This document shows, in pieces, positions 49,274-63,300 of a DNA stretch of 64,000 bases. Within the stretch, counting starts at the first letter, position 1. Every line of letters starts with the position of its first letter. Under the pieces are notes generated by a model. It saw only the letters and a program-made list of their open reading frames with translations, had not been told where the DNA came from and did not search any database. The DNA comes from Bugula neritina (Eukaryota; Animalia; Bryozoa): assembly GCA_964035545.1 (NCBI GenBank), contig OZ037769.1:9632129-9696128 (forward strand), read 5' to 3'. The translations under genes were made by a program, and so were the position numbers.

Positions 49274-50029
49274 CACAGGATAGTTAAGGGCATCCTCACT
49301 AAAAATATCATAAGTTTCTCTCAAAATGTAGTTCAGGTTCTTGAATAATATTGCTCTGCGGGTGGCATGCGTGTTGCCTACTTGCATTTGTTTAGCCTAA
49401 GATTAAACTACAGCCAATGAGCAGCAACCTTCATTAGGGCTGCGTTATCTATCAACATTCCATTATGGGTGTTACATAAACAGAGTACAAAGCGAGCTAT
49501 TCATAATAGCCTGCCAGCTAGCAAGCCTATAATTAGCATGTACGCGCCAATATCTTCTTATCCCTAAGTGCTCATTGAAGCGTGAAGCACTGCGCGCTGC
49601 TAGTTTCTTATGAAAAAATATGGCATTTTCAGTGTATAAATCACCAATTTATGTGCAATCTAGCAAAGTTATTGGAAAATGAAAAAGATTTGCACTGGAG
49701 AAATATCTCAGGATTCCAGCAGTGCAATTTTTATTCAGATATCATGTTTTCCTGCTGAGATATTTTACTGGTACTGAAAAGTCAGCTTTTCTGCTAAAAT
49801 TGGCCAAAATTGGGCAGTTTTTTGTTTATAACTTTGCAAAAAAAATGAAAATTGAAATTTCCAAAAAAGTTGCACTGGGGAAAAACAAGATCTACAACAT
49901 AGTTTTTAAATTTTGACTCTAGCACAATTAGGTGAGATTTTATTTTACTGGTACTGAATTCTTATATGATTACAATGCAAACCTCAGCAAGGCAGTTGCA
50001 GCTAAAAGGTTGCCCTTAACTATCCTGTG
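49274..50029. mobile_element. 756-bp MITE with CAC termini (CMC/EnSpm-like)
   Basis: 19-bp perfect TIR CACAGGATAGTTAAGGGCA; 2 nt gained relative to the empty paralogous satellite site at ~48121-48145. Confidence 0.85.
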
Positions 50030-53000
50030 TCTGGGCACCTATTGGTACTATAAGCTTGTTTGGTTCGATTTAGCACATTTTGGCATGTTTCAGTACATTT
50101 TGGCGTGTTTTAGCACATTTGGGCATGTATTAGCACTTTTTGGCATGTTATAGCACATTTGGGTACTGCTAGGCACATTTGTTCTGTTTGTAGCACTATT
50201 GGGTGCAATTCAGTATTTCTGGGCACTTAATGGTACTATTAGCATATTTGGCTCAGTTTAGCACATTTGGGCATGTTTTAGCACATTCGGGCATATGTTT
50301 TAGCACATTTTGGCATGTTTTAGCACATTTGGGCAGTGTTAAGCACATTTGTTCTGTTTGTAGCACTATTGGGTGCGTTTCAGTACTTCTGGGCACTTAT
50401 TGGTAATATAAGCGTGTTTGGTTTGATTTAGCACATTTTAGCATGTCTCAGCACATTTTGGAGTGTTTTAGCACATTTGGGCATGTATTAGCACATTTGA
50501 GCATGTTTAAGCACATTTTGGCATGCTTTAGCACATCTAGGCACTGTTAGGCACATTTCTTCTGTTTGTAGCACTATTGGGTGCGTTTCAGTAATTCTGG
50601 GCACTTATTGCTACTATTATGTATTTGGTTCAATTTAGCACATTTGGGCATGATTTAGCACATTTTGGCACTGTTTAGCACATTTGTTCTGTTTGTAGCA
50701 CCATTAGGTGCGTTTCAGTACTTCTGGGCATCTATTGGTACTATAAGAGTGTTCGGTTCAATTTAGCACATTTGAGCATGTTTTAACACATTTTGGCATG
50801 TCTTAGCACATTTGGGCACTGTTAAGCACATTTGTTCTGTTTGTAGCACTATTTGGTGCGTTTCAGTACTTCTGGGCACTTATTGGTACTATTAGCATAT
50901 TTGGCTCAATTTAGCACATTTGGGCATGTTTTAGCACATTTTATCATGTATTAGCACATCTAGGCATGTATTAGCACATCTAGGCACTGTTAAGCACATT
51001 TGTTCTGTTTGTAGCACTATTGGGCACGTCTCAGAACCGCTGGGCATTTATTGGCGCTATTAGCATGTTTGGATCAATTTAGCACATTTGGGCATGTTTT
51101 AGCACATTTTGGGATGTTTTGGCACATTTGGGCACTGTCAAGCACACTATTTCAACTATTACCCTTATTGGGAATGTTTCAGAACGTGTATGCACTCATT
51201 GGTACTATTAGCATATTTGGCTGAGTTTAGCACATTCGGGCATTTTATAGCACATTTGGGCACTGTTTTTTACAGTAGTTTGACTATTAGCGCTATTGGA
51301 CGCGTTTCAGAACCTCTAGGCACTTCTGGGTACCAGTGGTATACTTGGCTCAATTGAGCACATTAGGGCATGTTTTAGCACATTTGGGCACTGTTAGGCA
51401 CATTTTTTGTTCTGTTTGTAGCACTAATGGGCGCGTTTCAGGACCTCCTGACACTTATTGGCGCTGTTAGCATGTTTGGCTCAGTTTACCACATTTGGGC
51501 ATGTTTTAGCACATTTGGGCACTGCTAAGCACATTTGTTCTGTTTGTAGCACTATTGGGTGCGTTTCAGTACTTCTGTGCACTCATTGGTGCTAGTAGTC
51601 ATTTTGGCTCAATTAGGCACATTTGGGCATGTTTTAGCACATTTGGGCAGTGTTAGGCACACTAGTTCTACTATTAGCACTATTGGGCACGTCTCAGAAC
51701 CGCTGGGTATTTATTGGCGCTATTAGCATGTTTGGATCAAATTAGCACATTTGGGCATGTTTTAGCACGTTTTGGCATGTTTTAGCACATTTGGGCACTG
51801 TTAAGCACATTCGCTCTGTTTGTAGCGCTATTGGGTGCGTTTCAGTACTTATGGGCATTTATTGGTACTATTAGCATATTTGGCTGAATTTAGCACATTT
51901 GGGCACTGTTGAGCACAGTAGTTCGACTCTTAGCACTATTGGGCGCGTTTCAGAACTTCTGGGCACTTCTGGGTACCAGTAGTGTACTTAGCTCAATTGA
52001 GCACATTAGGGCATGTTTTAGCACATATGGGCACTGCTAAGCACATTTGTTCTGTTTGTAGCACCATTAGGTGCGTTTCCGTACTTATGGGCACTTATTG
52101 GTACTATTAGCATATTTGGCTCAATTCAGCACATTTGGGCATGTTTTAGCACATTCGGGCATATGTTTTAGCACATTTTGGCATGTTTTAGCACATTTGG
52201 GCAGTGTTAAGCACATTTGTTCTGTTTGTAGCACTATTGGGTGCTTTTCAGTACTTCTGGGCACTTTTTGGTACTATAAGCGTGTTTGGTTCGATTTAGC
52301 ACATTTTAGCATGTTTCAGCACATTTTGGCGTGTTTTCGCTCATTTGGGCATGTATTAGCACATTTGAGCATGTTTTAGCACATTTTGGCATGCTTTAGC
52401 ACATCTAGGCACTGTTAGGCACATTTCTTCTGTTTGTAGCACCATTGGGTGCCTTTCAGTACTTCTGGGCACTCATTGGTACTATTATAAATTTGGTTCA
52501 ATTTAGCACATTTCAGCGTGTTTTAACACATTTTGGCATGTCATCGCACATTTGGGCACTGTTAAGCACATTTGTTCTGTTTGTAGCGCTATTGGGTGCA
52601 TTCCAGTACTTCTGGGCACTTATTGGTATTAGTAGTATATTTGGCTCAATTTAGCACATTTCGGCATGTTTTAGCACATTTTAGCGCATTTGGGCACTGT
52701 TAAGCACATTTGTTCTGTTTGTAGCACTATTGGGTGCATTCCAGTATTCTGGCACTTATTGGTACTATTAGCATAGTTGGCTGAATTTAGCACATTTGGG
52801 CATGTTTTAGCACATTTTGGCATGTTTTAGCACATTTAGGCGCTGTTAAGCACATGTGTTCTGTTTTTCGCCCTTTATGGGTGCATTTCAGTACTTCTGG
52901 GCACTTATTGGTATTAGTAGTATATTTGGCTCAATTTAGCACATTAGGGCATGATTTAGCACATTTGGGCACTGTTAAGCACATTTGTTCTGCTTGTAGC

Positions 53001-55502
53001 ACCATTGGGTGCGTTTCAATACTTCTGGGTATTTATTGGTATTATTAGCATATTTGGCTCAATTTAGCACATTTGGGCATGTTTAAGCACATTTGGGCAC
53101 CGTTGAGCACAGTAGTTCTACTATTAGCACTATTAGGTGCGTTTCAGAACCTCTGGGCTTTTATTTGTACTAGTAGTATATTTGGCTCAATTTAGCATAT
53201 AGGGCATTTTTTAGCACATTTTGGCATTTTTCAGCACATTTGGGCACTGTTAAGCACATTTGTTCTGTTTGTAGCACTATTGGGTGTGTTTCAGTGCTTC
53301 TGGGCACTTATTGGTACTATTAGCGTATTTGGCTCAATTTAGCACATTTCGGCATGTTTTAGCACATTTGGGCAGTGTTAAGCACACTAGTTCTACCATT
53401 AGCACTATTGGGCACGTTTCAGAAATGCTTGGCATTTATTGGCGCTATTAGCATGTTTGGGTCAATTTAGCACATTTGGGCATGTTTTAGCACATTTGGG
53501 CACTGTTAAGCACACTATTTCAACTATTACCACTATTGGGCACGTTTCAGAACCTGTGGGCACTCATTACGACTATTAGCATATTTGGCTTAATTCAGCA
53601 CATTTGGGCATGTTTTAGCCCATTCGGGCATATGTTTTAGCACATTTTGGCTTGTTTCAGCTAATTTGGGCAGTGTTAAGCACATTTGTTCTGTTTGTAG
53701 CACTATTGGGTGCGTTTCAGTACTTCTGGGCACCTATTGGTACTATTAGCATATTTGGCTCAATTTAGCACATTTGGGCATGTTTTAGCACATTTGGGCA
53801 ACTTTTAGCACATTTTGGCATGTTTTAGCACATTTGGGCACTGTTAAGCACATTTGTTCTGTTTGTAGCACTATTGGGTGCGTTTCAGTACTTCTGTGCA
53901 CATATTGGTGCTAGTAGTCATTTTGGCTCAATTAGGCACATTTGGGCATGTTTTAGCACATTTTGGCATGTTTTGGCACATTTGGGCACTGTCAAGCACA
54001 CTATTTCAACTATTACCCTTATTGGGAACGTTTCAGAACCTGTGGGCACTCATTGGTACTATTAGCATATTTGGCTGAGTTTAGCACATTCGGGCACTTT
54101 TTAGCACATTTGGGCACTGTTTTTCACAGTAGCTCGACTATTAGCGCTATTGGACGCGTTTCAGAACCTCTAGGCACTTCTGGGTACCAGTTGTATACTT
54201 GGCTCAAATGAGCACATTAGGGCATGTTTTATCACATTTGGGCACTGTTAGGCACATTTTCTGTTCTGTTTGTAGCGCTATTGGGTGCATTTCAGTACTT
54301 CTGGGCACTTATTGGTATTAGTAGTATATTTGGCTCAATTTAGCACATTAGGGCATGATTTAGCACATTTGGGCACTGTTAAGCACATTTGTTCTGCTTG
54401 TAGCACCATTGGGTGCATTTCAATACTTCTGGGTATTTAATGGTACTATTAGCATATTTGGCTGAATTTAGCACATTTGGGCATGTTTTAGCACATTTTG
54501 GCATGTTTTAGCACATTTAGGCGCTGTTAAGCACATGTGTTCTGTTTTTCGCCCTTTTGGGTGCGCTTCAGTACTTCTGGGCACTTATTGGTACTATTAG
54601 CATATTTGGCTGAATTTAGCACATTTGGGCATGTTTTAGCACATTTTGGCACATTTTAGCGCATTTGGGCACTGTTAAGCACATTTGTTCTGTTTGTAGC
54701 ACTATGGGGTGCGCTTCTGTTCTTCTGGGCACTTATTGGTACCATTAGCATATTTGGCTGAATTTAGCAAATTTGGGCATGTTTTAGCACATTTGGGCTT
54801 TGTTTTGCACAGTAGTTCGTCGATTCGCACTATTGGGCGCGTTTCACAACCTCTGGACACTTATTGGCGCTGTTAGCATGTTTCGCTCAATGCAGCACAT
54901 TTGGGCTTGTTTCAGCACATTTTGTTATGTTTTAGGACATTTGGGTACTGTTGAGCACATTTGTTTTGTCTCTAGCACTATTGGGTGGGTTCCAGTACTT
55001 CTGGGCATTTATTGGTACAATTAGCATATTTGGCTGAGTTTAGCGCATTTGAGCATGGTTTAGCACATTTTGGCATGTTTTAGCATATTTGGGCGCTGTT
55101 AAGCACATTTGTTCTGTTTGTAGCACTTTTGGGTGCGCTTCAGTGGTTCTGGGCACTTATTGGTACTATTAGCATATTTGGCTGAATTTAGCACATTTGG
55201 GCATGTTTTAGCACATTTTGGCACATTTCAGCGCATTTGGGCACTGTTAAGCACATTTGTTCTGTTTGTAGCACTATGGGGTGCGCTTCAGTTCTTTTGG
55301 GCACTTATTGTTACCATTAGCATATTTGGCTGAATTTAGCAAATTTGGGCATGTTTTAGCTTATTTGGGCTTTGTTTTGCACAGTAGTTTGTCGATTAGC
55401 ACTATTGGGCGCGTTTCAGAACCTCTGGGCACTTTTGGGTAACAGTAGTATACTTGGCTCAATTGAGCACATTAGGGTATGTTTTAGCACATTTGGGCAC
55501 TG

Positions 55503-58500
55503 TGTACTGAAAAATACTGTAACATACTAAAACATATTGCAACATACTGAAATATACTTCAACATACTGAAATATACCTAAAAATATTGAAACATACTGA
55601 AATACACTGTAACATACTGAAACATACGTCAACATACTGAAATATACTGCGACAGATTGAAATATACTGCAACATACTGTAATATGCTGTAACATACTGA
55701 AATACACTGCAACACACTGAAGTGTACTGTAATATACAAAAATTTACTGTAATATACTGAAATATACTGCAACATGTCGAAGTATATCGTAACATACGGA
55801 CATGTAATGTAACATACTGAAACATACTGAAACATACTGAAATGAAATGAAATATACTGTAACACACTGAATTATGCTGCAAAATTCTGAAATATACTGT
55901 AATATACAGAAATTTACTGTAATATACTGAAATATACTTCAACATACTGAAATATGTTGCAAAATACTGCAACATGTTGAAATACACTGTAACATACTGA
56001 AATACACGGCAACATACTGAAATATATTGCAACATACTGAAATATACTGCAAGATACTGAAGTACACTGCAACATACTGCAACATACTGAAATAAACTGT
56101 AACATATTGAAGTACACTGCAACACATTGAAATATACTGCAACATACTGAAACATACGGCCACATACTGAAATATACTGCGAGACATTGATATATGCAGC
56201 AACATAGAGAAATATGCTGTAGCATACTGAAATACACTGCAACACACTGGATTATGATGTACGATACAGAAATGTACTGTAACATACTGAAACATACGTC
56301 AACATACTGAAATGTACTGCAACATGCTGAGTTACACTGCAACATACTGCAACATACTGGAATTTGCTGTAACATATTGAAACACGCTGCAGCACATTGA
56401 AATATACTGCAACATACCAAAATATATGGTAACCTACTGAAATATGTTGCAAACCACTGAAACATACTGCAACAAAATGAAATATACTGTAACACACTGA
56501 ATTATTCTGCAAAATGCTGAAATATAGTGTAACATATCAAAACATACTGCAACATACTGAAATATACTGCAACATGTCGAAGTATATCGTAACATACGGA
56601 CATGTAATGTAACATACTGAAACATACTGAAACATACTGAAATGAAATGAAATATACTGTAACACACTGAATTATGATGCAAAATTCTGAAATATACTGT
56701 AATATACTGAAACATACGCAACATACTGAAATACACTGTAACTTATTGAAATACACTGCAACACATTGAAGTATTCTGTAATATACAGAAATTCACTGTA
56801 AAATACTGAAACAAACGTCAACATACTGAAACATACTGCAACATATTGAATTACACTGCAACATACTGAAGTATACTTCAACATAGTGAAAGATACCTAA
56901 AAATATTGAAACATACTGAAATACACTGTAAGATATCGCAATACACTGCAACATATTGAAATGTACTGCAACACCTTGAAATGTATGGTAACCTACTGAA
57001 ATATACTGCGAGACATTGAAATATACTGCAACATACTGAAATATACCTAAAAATATTGAAACACACTGAAATACACTGTAGGATACTGAAATACACTGTA
57101 ACAAACTGAAACACACTGCAATACATTGGAATATACTGCAACATACCCAAATGTATGGTAATATACTGAAATATACTGAAATACACTGTAACACATTGAA
57201 AAATACTGCAACATACTGAAAGACACTACAACTCATTGAAGTATAGTGTAATATACGGAAACGTATTGTGACATAATGATATTTACTGTACCACACTGAA
57301 ATATACTGCAACATACTGAAATGCACTGTAACATACCCAAATAAACTGCAACATACTGCAACATACTGAAATACACTGTAACATACTAAAATACACTGCA
57401 AAGTTCTGCAACTTACTTCAACATACTGAAATACACTGTAACATAACGAAATACATTGCATTACGTTGAAATATACTGCAATACACTGAAATATACTGCA
57501 ACATACTGAAATATACTGCAACACACCGAATTATACTGCAACACACCGAATTATACTGCAACACACCGAAATATACTGCAACATACTGCAACATAGTGTT
57601 ATACACTGTAACCTACTGAACTACACTGCAACAAACTGCAACATACTGCAACATACTGAAGTACACTGTAAGATATTGAAATACACTGCAACACACTGAA
57701 ATATACTGCAACACACTGAAATATACTGCAAAATACTGAAATATACTTCAACCTACTGCAACATAATGAAATACACTGTAACATACTGAAATACACTGCA
57801 ACACTTTTGAATATACTGCAACATACCTATATATACGGTAATATACTGAAATATACTGAAATACACTGTAACACATTGGAATATACTGCAAAATACCAAA
57901 ATATATGGTAACCTACTGAAATGAGTTGCAAACTACTGGAATATACTGCAACATACTGCAACATAATGAAATATACTGTACTACACTGAAAAAAAATGCA
58001 AAATACTGAAATATACTGTAACATACTGAAACATACTGCAACACACTGAACTATACTGCAACATACTGAAATATACTGCAAGTTACGGCAGCATACTGAA
58101 TTACACTGTAACGTACTGAAATACACTGTAACATATTGAAATACACTGTAACATATTGAAATACACTGCAACGCATTGAAATATACAGCAACATACCGGA
58201 ATATATGGTTTCGTACTGAAAAAAACTGTAACACATCGTAACATACCGCATTATAGTAAAATACCCTGCAACACACTGTAGTATACTGTAATATATAGTA
58301 ATGTACTGTAAAATATTGAAACATACTGAAACATACTGCAACATACTGAAACATACTGAAACATACTGAAACATACCGCAACAAACCGAAATATTTGGTA
58401 ACATACTGAAATAGGTTGCAAACTACTAAAATATAATGCAACATACTGCAACATACTGAAATACACTGCAACACACCGCAACACACTGCAACATACTGAA

Positions 58501-60389
58501 ATACTTTGTAACATATTGAAATACACTGCAACGCAATGAAATATACTGCAAAAAACTGAAACATACTGCAACATACTGAAATGTACTGCAACATACTGAA
58601 ACATACGTCAACATACTGAAATGTACTGCAACATGCTGAAATACACTGCAACACATTGAAATATACTGCAACACACCTAAATATATGGTAACCTACTGAT
58701 ATATGTTGCAAACCACTGAAGTTTACTGTAATATACAGAAATGTACTGTGAAATACTGAAACATACAACAACATACTGAAATATACTGCAACATATTGAA
58801 TTACACTGCAACATACTGAATTATAATTCAACATAGTGATAGAATTCTAAAAATATTGAAACATACTGAAATACACTGTAAGATATTGAAATACACTGCA
58901 ACACATTGAAATATACTGCAACATACCGAAATATATGGTAACCTACTGAAATATGTTGCAAACCACTGAAACATACTGCGATATACTGCAACAAAATAAA
59001 ATATACTGTAACACACTAAACGATACTGCAAAATGCTGAAATATACTGTAACATACTAAAACATACTGCAACATTCTGAAATATACTGCAACATATCGAA
59101 GTATATAGTAATATACGAACATGTAGTGTAACACACTGAAACATACTGAAACATCCTGAAACATACTGTAATATACTAGAACATACCGAAACATACTGTA
59201 ACATAAAGAAATATACTGTAACACACTGAAATATACGGCAAAATACTGGATTATGTTGTAACATACTGAAACATTCTATAACATATTGGAATATACTGCA
59301 ACATACCGAAAAATACTGCAACATACTGCAACATACTGAAATACACTGTAAAATATTGAATAACACTGCAACACGTTGGAGTAAGCTGCAACATACCTAA
59401 ACATACGGTATTATACTGAAAGATACTGTAACACATTGAAACACACTGCAACATACTGAAATATGCTGTAGCATGCTGAAAGACACTACAACTCACTGAT
59501 GTATAGTGTACTATTCGGAAATGTACTGTAACATACTGATATTTACTGTAACACATTGAAATATACTGCAAAATACTGAAATACACTGTAACATACTGAA
59601 ATATACTGCAACATACTGCAACATACTGCAACATACTGAAATACACTGTAACATACTGAAATACTCTGCAACATACCGCAACACACTGCAACATACTGAA
59701 ATACTTTGTAGCATGTTGAAATACACTGCAACGCATTGAAATATACAGCAACATACCGGAATATATGGTTTCGTACTGAGAAAAACTGTAACACATTGAA
59801 ACATACCGCATTATAGTGAAATACTCTGCAACACACTGTAGTATACTGTAATATACAGAAATGTACTGTGAAATTCTGAAACATACAACAACATACTGAA
59901 ATATACTGCAACATATTGAATTACACTGCAACATACTGAATTATAATTCAACATAGTGATAGATTTCCAAAAAATATTGAAACGTACTGAAATACACTGT
60001 AAGATATTGAAATACACTGCAACACATTGGTATATACTGCAAAATATCGAAATATATGGTAACCTACTGAAATATGTTGCAAACTACTGAGATATACTGC
60101 AACATCCTTCAACATAATGAAATATATTGTAACACAGTGAAATATACTGCAAAATTTTGAAATATACTGTAACATACTGAAACATACGCAACATACTGAA
60201 ATATACTGCAGCATACTGAAATATAATGCAAGATACTGCAACATACTGAAATACACTGTAACATACCGAAATACACTGCAACATATTCAAATACACTGTA
60301 ATATTTTGAAATACACTGCAACACATTGAAAAATACTGCAACATACTGAAGTATACTGCGAGACATTGAAATATACTGCCACATAATGA
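55503..60389 (-). repeat. Satellite A in inverted orientation (aacatactga-aatatactgc)n
   Basis: Reverse complement of the 43430-44627 motif; all ORFs here are repeat artefacts. Confidence 0.95.
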
Positions 60390-63300
60390 TGTTGTAATGT
60401 TATGTAATTTGCAGTTGTCTTCTCTAATTATAATTACATGTTATATACTTTGTAATTGTGTTCTCCTGTTCTTTATATCAACGATTCACTATAAATCAGT
60501 TTTTACGGTTATGGGTTTTACGCGCTAGATGTACTAAATAAATATTAAGAATAATAAACAATTCTATTCAGTTATAAACAGATTCAACATTAGCATAAAC
60601 CAATGTAATATACTAAAACATGGTGGCAGTGCTTTGAGTAACCCATTATAAGCCTTCGTTATTGTGTGACTGGCGAAGTTTGAGTAATAAGACAATCAAT
60701 CAGAATCAATAGAATTGAGTGATCATGGAAGGGATCACACCACCAGCCCAATTAGATATCAGAGCAGATGACCTTTCAGGGGTATGGCGTCGTTGGGTGA
60801 GATCCTTCAATGATTACTTGTTAGCTATAGATTTGGTTGGCACTTCAAAGGTTGCTGAAAGGAGAAAGCTAGCTTTGTTTAGGCATGTTGGTGGTGAAGA
60901 TGTGAGAGAGTTGTATTCTCAAATGGAGTTTCTTAGTACTCCTGATGATAATGGGACTGTTACAGAGCTTGAGGAAGGGACTGAGGGTCGAAGATTAGTT
61001 GATGTAATCAACCGCTTTCAAGATTATTGTAATCCTAGGTCAGGAGTTGTTGTTACCAGACACAGGTTTCATAGTTGTGCTCAAAATGGAGATACAGTAA
61101 ATGTGTATTTAATGAAACTGAGACAACTGGCCGAAGGATGTGAATTTGGAAGTCAGAGAGATTCATTAATACGAGATAAGTTGCTCTTTGGATTAGATGA
61201 CACAAAAGAAATGGAAAAGTTGATGAGGGAAACTGATGAGAAATTAACTCTGGATTTTGTCATAAGGGCGCTGAGAGTGGCCGAGAAATCAGGAAATTTA
61301 AAATCTAAATCAACAGCATTGAAGCCACAAGATGTAGAAGCAATTCAAATTAGTACAAACCCTGGCATTAAAAAGGCCAGCCAAGTCAAACAGCATCAAT
61401 CTAGAGTAGTAAGTCAGTTTCGGCCAGACCAGGCCAGACCTATTGAAAGGCCAAAAAGAAGCTCGTGCAGCAACTGTGGGAGAAATCATCCACAAAATCG
61501 CCGCTGTCCTGCTTATGGCACTCAGTGCAAAAGTTGTAAGGAATACAATCACTGGGAATTGAGGTGTCCCAAGAAAATCTACGAGGTAGAAGAACACAAC
61601 GTTATGGATTCAGATTACGATGTTTATTTGGGTGAGGTGTTTTCTATCAACTCGGTGGAAGGCGATTCCTGGTTCGCTGATGTTACAGTTAGCACTAGTA
61701 GATGGCGTGGCCAGAAAATTAGATTTAAATTAGATACAGGGGCTGCTCTCAGTGTTTGTGGACCCAGTCACTGTACAGGTGATGTGAAACCGACAAATAA
61801 GACGCTAAGAGGCCCAGGAAACACTCCTCTAACATGCGTGGGAGTTATCTCTAGCGAATTGAAAGTCAAGGACACGGTGATCACTGAAGATCTGTACATA
61901 ATTCCAGGTCAGAAGGTGCCTCTTCTAAGCAGATCAGCCTGTGAAAAGTTGAAACTGATTTCTCTTGATGAATCTTTGTGCCATATTGGGAGTGTGAGTG
62001 TGGATGATCGACTGTTTAAGGGGTTAGGTTGCGTAAAGTCCGAGTACTCGATCACATTGAGACCTGATGCAAAACCGTTTGCCATCCACGTGCCCAGGCC
62101 AATTCCATTTCCCCGGCGAAAAATGGCGGACGAGGCACTTAAACAAATGTTGGAAGATGGTGTGATTAAAAAGGTAGAAGAACCAACTCCATGGGTAGCC
62201 CCAATGGTCGTAGTGCCCAAGTCAGATCAAAACAAAGTAAGAATTTGTACGGACTATACGGAACTCAATAAACATGTTGTCAGAGAAGTGCACCCTATGT
62301 CCACAGTAGACAGCAGTCTAGCTGTATTGGGTCAAGGAAAAGTTTGGTCCAAAATTGACGCAAACAGTGGGTTTTGGCAGATACCCTTGTCTGAAGAATC
62401 AAGCAAACTCACCACGTTCCTTACTCACTCCGGCAGATATCGGTACCTCAGGTTACCACAGGGTCTATGCAGTGCTCCGGAGATATTCCAGGCAGAGATG
62501 AACAGAATACTGGAAGGGATAGGTGGAGTAATTATTCATATGGATGACATATTGGTGATTGGCAACACCCAAGAGGATCATGATGCTAGGCTAAAAAAGG
62601 TCTTAGATCGAATCATGTGTGCAGGAATGACGCTAAATAAGTCGAAATGCAGATTTGGAGTCAATTCGGTAGAATTTTTAGGTCATGTGATAGATGAAAA
62701 GGGAATCCATGCAGGCCCCCGGTTACAAGGAGTGTTGGTTTTTCCCACTCCAAAATCCGTCTCTGCAGTAAGAAGTTTTCTGGGGCTGGCCAACCAATAC
62801 GCTAAATTCTCCGAATGCTTGTCAGAAAAAACTGCTTTGCTTCGCGCCTTGCTTAGAAAAGACACTCCTTGGGTTTGGTCACAGAAACACGATGAAACCT
62901 TTCAGCAAGTAAAAGATCTCTTCAAAAGCACACCGGTGCTAGCTCCATATTCACCAGAAAGGCAGACAATAGTAACAACAGATGCTAGTAGACAAGGGCT
63001 TGGGGCTACACTTAGTCAGATTCAGCCTGACGGAACTCGCAGATTGGTAGCAGCAGCTAGTCGTTCTTTGACAGAGACGGAGCAGAGGTATGCTGCCATT
63101 GAGCTTGAAGGTCTTGGTGTTTGCTGGGCTATAGAACGATTCTCCCAGTACATCCTTGGAATGAAAAACGTTCTCATAGAGACTGATCATCGGCCTCTTG
63201 TGACCGTTTTTGGAAAAATGTTCCTGGATAGGTTACCACCTCGAATACAGGGATTTAAGCTTCGCCTACAACGTTTTAATTATAAAATTAGATATGTGAA

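Larger units (their letters stand above)
44628..55502 (+). repeat. Satellite B: ~20-bp TAGCAC subunits in ~110-160-bp higher-order units
   Basis: Ordered subunits ttagcacatttgggcatgtt / ..ggcactg / gcacatttgttctgtttg / tagcactattgggtgcgttt / cagtacttctgggcacttatt / ggtactattagcatatttggctcaat; interrupted by two insertions. Confidence 0.95.

Noticed and set aside
45646-55333. ORFs with repeated STFGHVLAH motifs; array superficially CRISPR-like
   Set aside because: Satellite B translations; no unique spacers, no cas genes, eukaryotic context.
55459-60384. Many long minus-strand ORFs (up to 335 aa) rich in MLQY/FQYV
   Set aside because: Translations of satellite A in several overlapping frames; no domain or splice structure.
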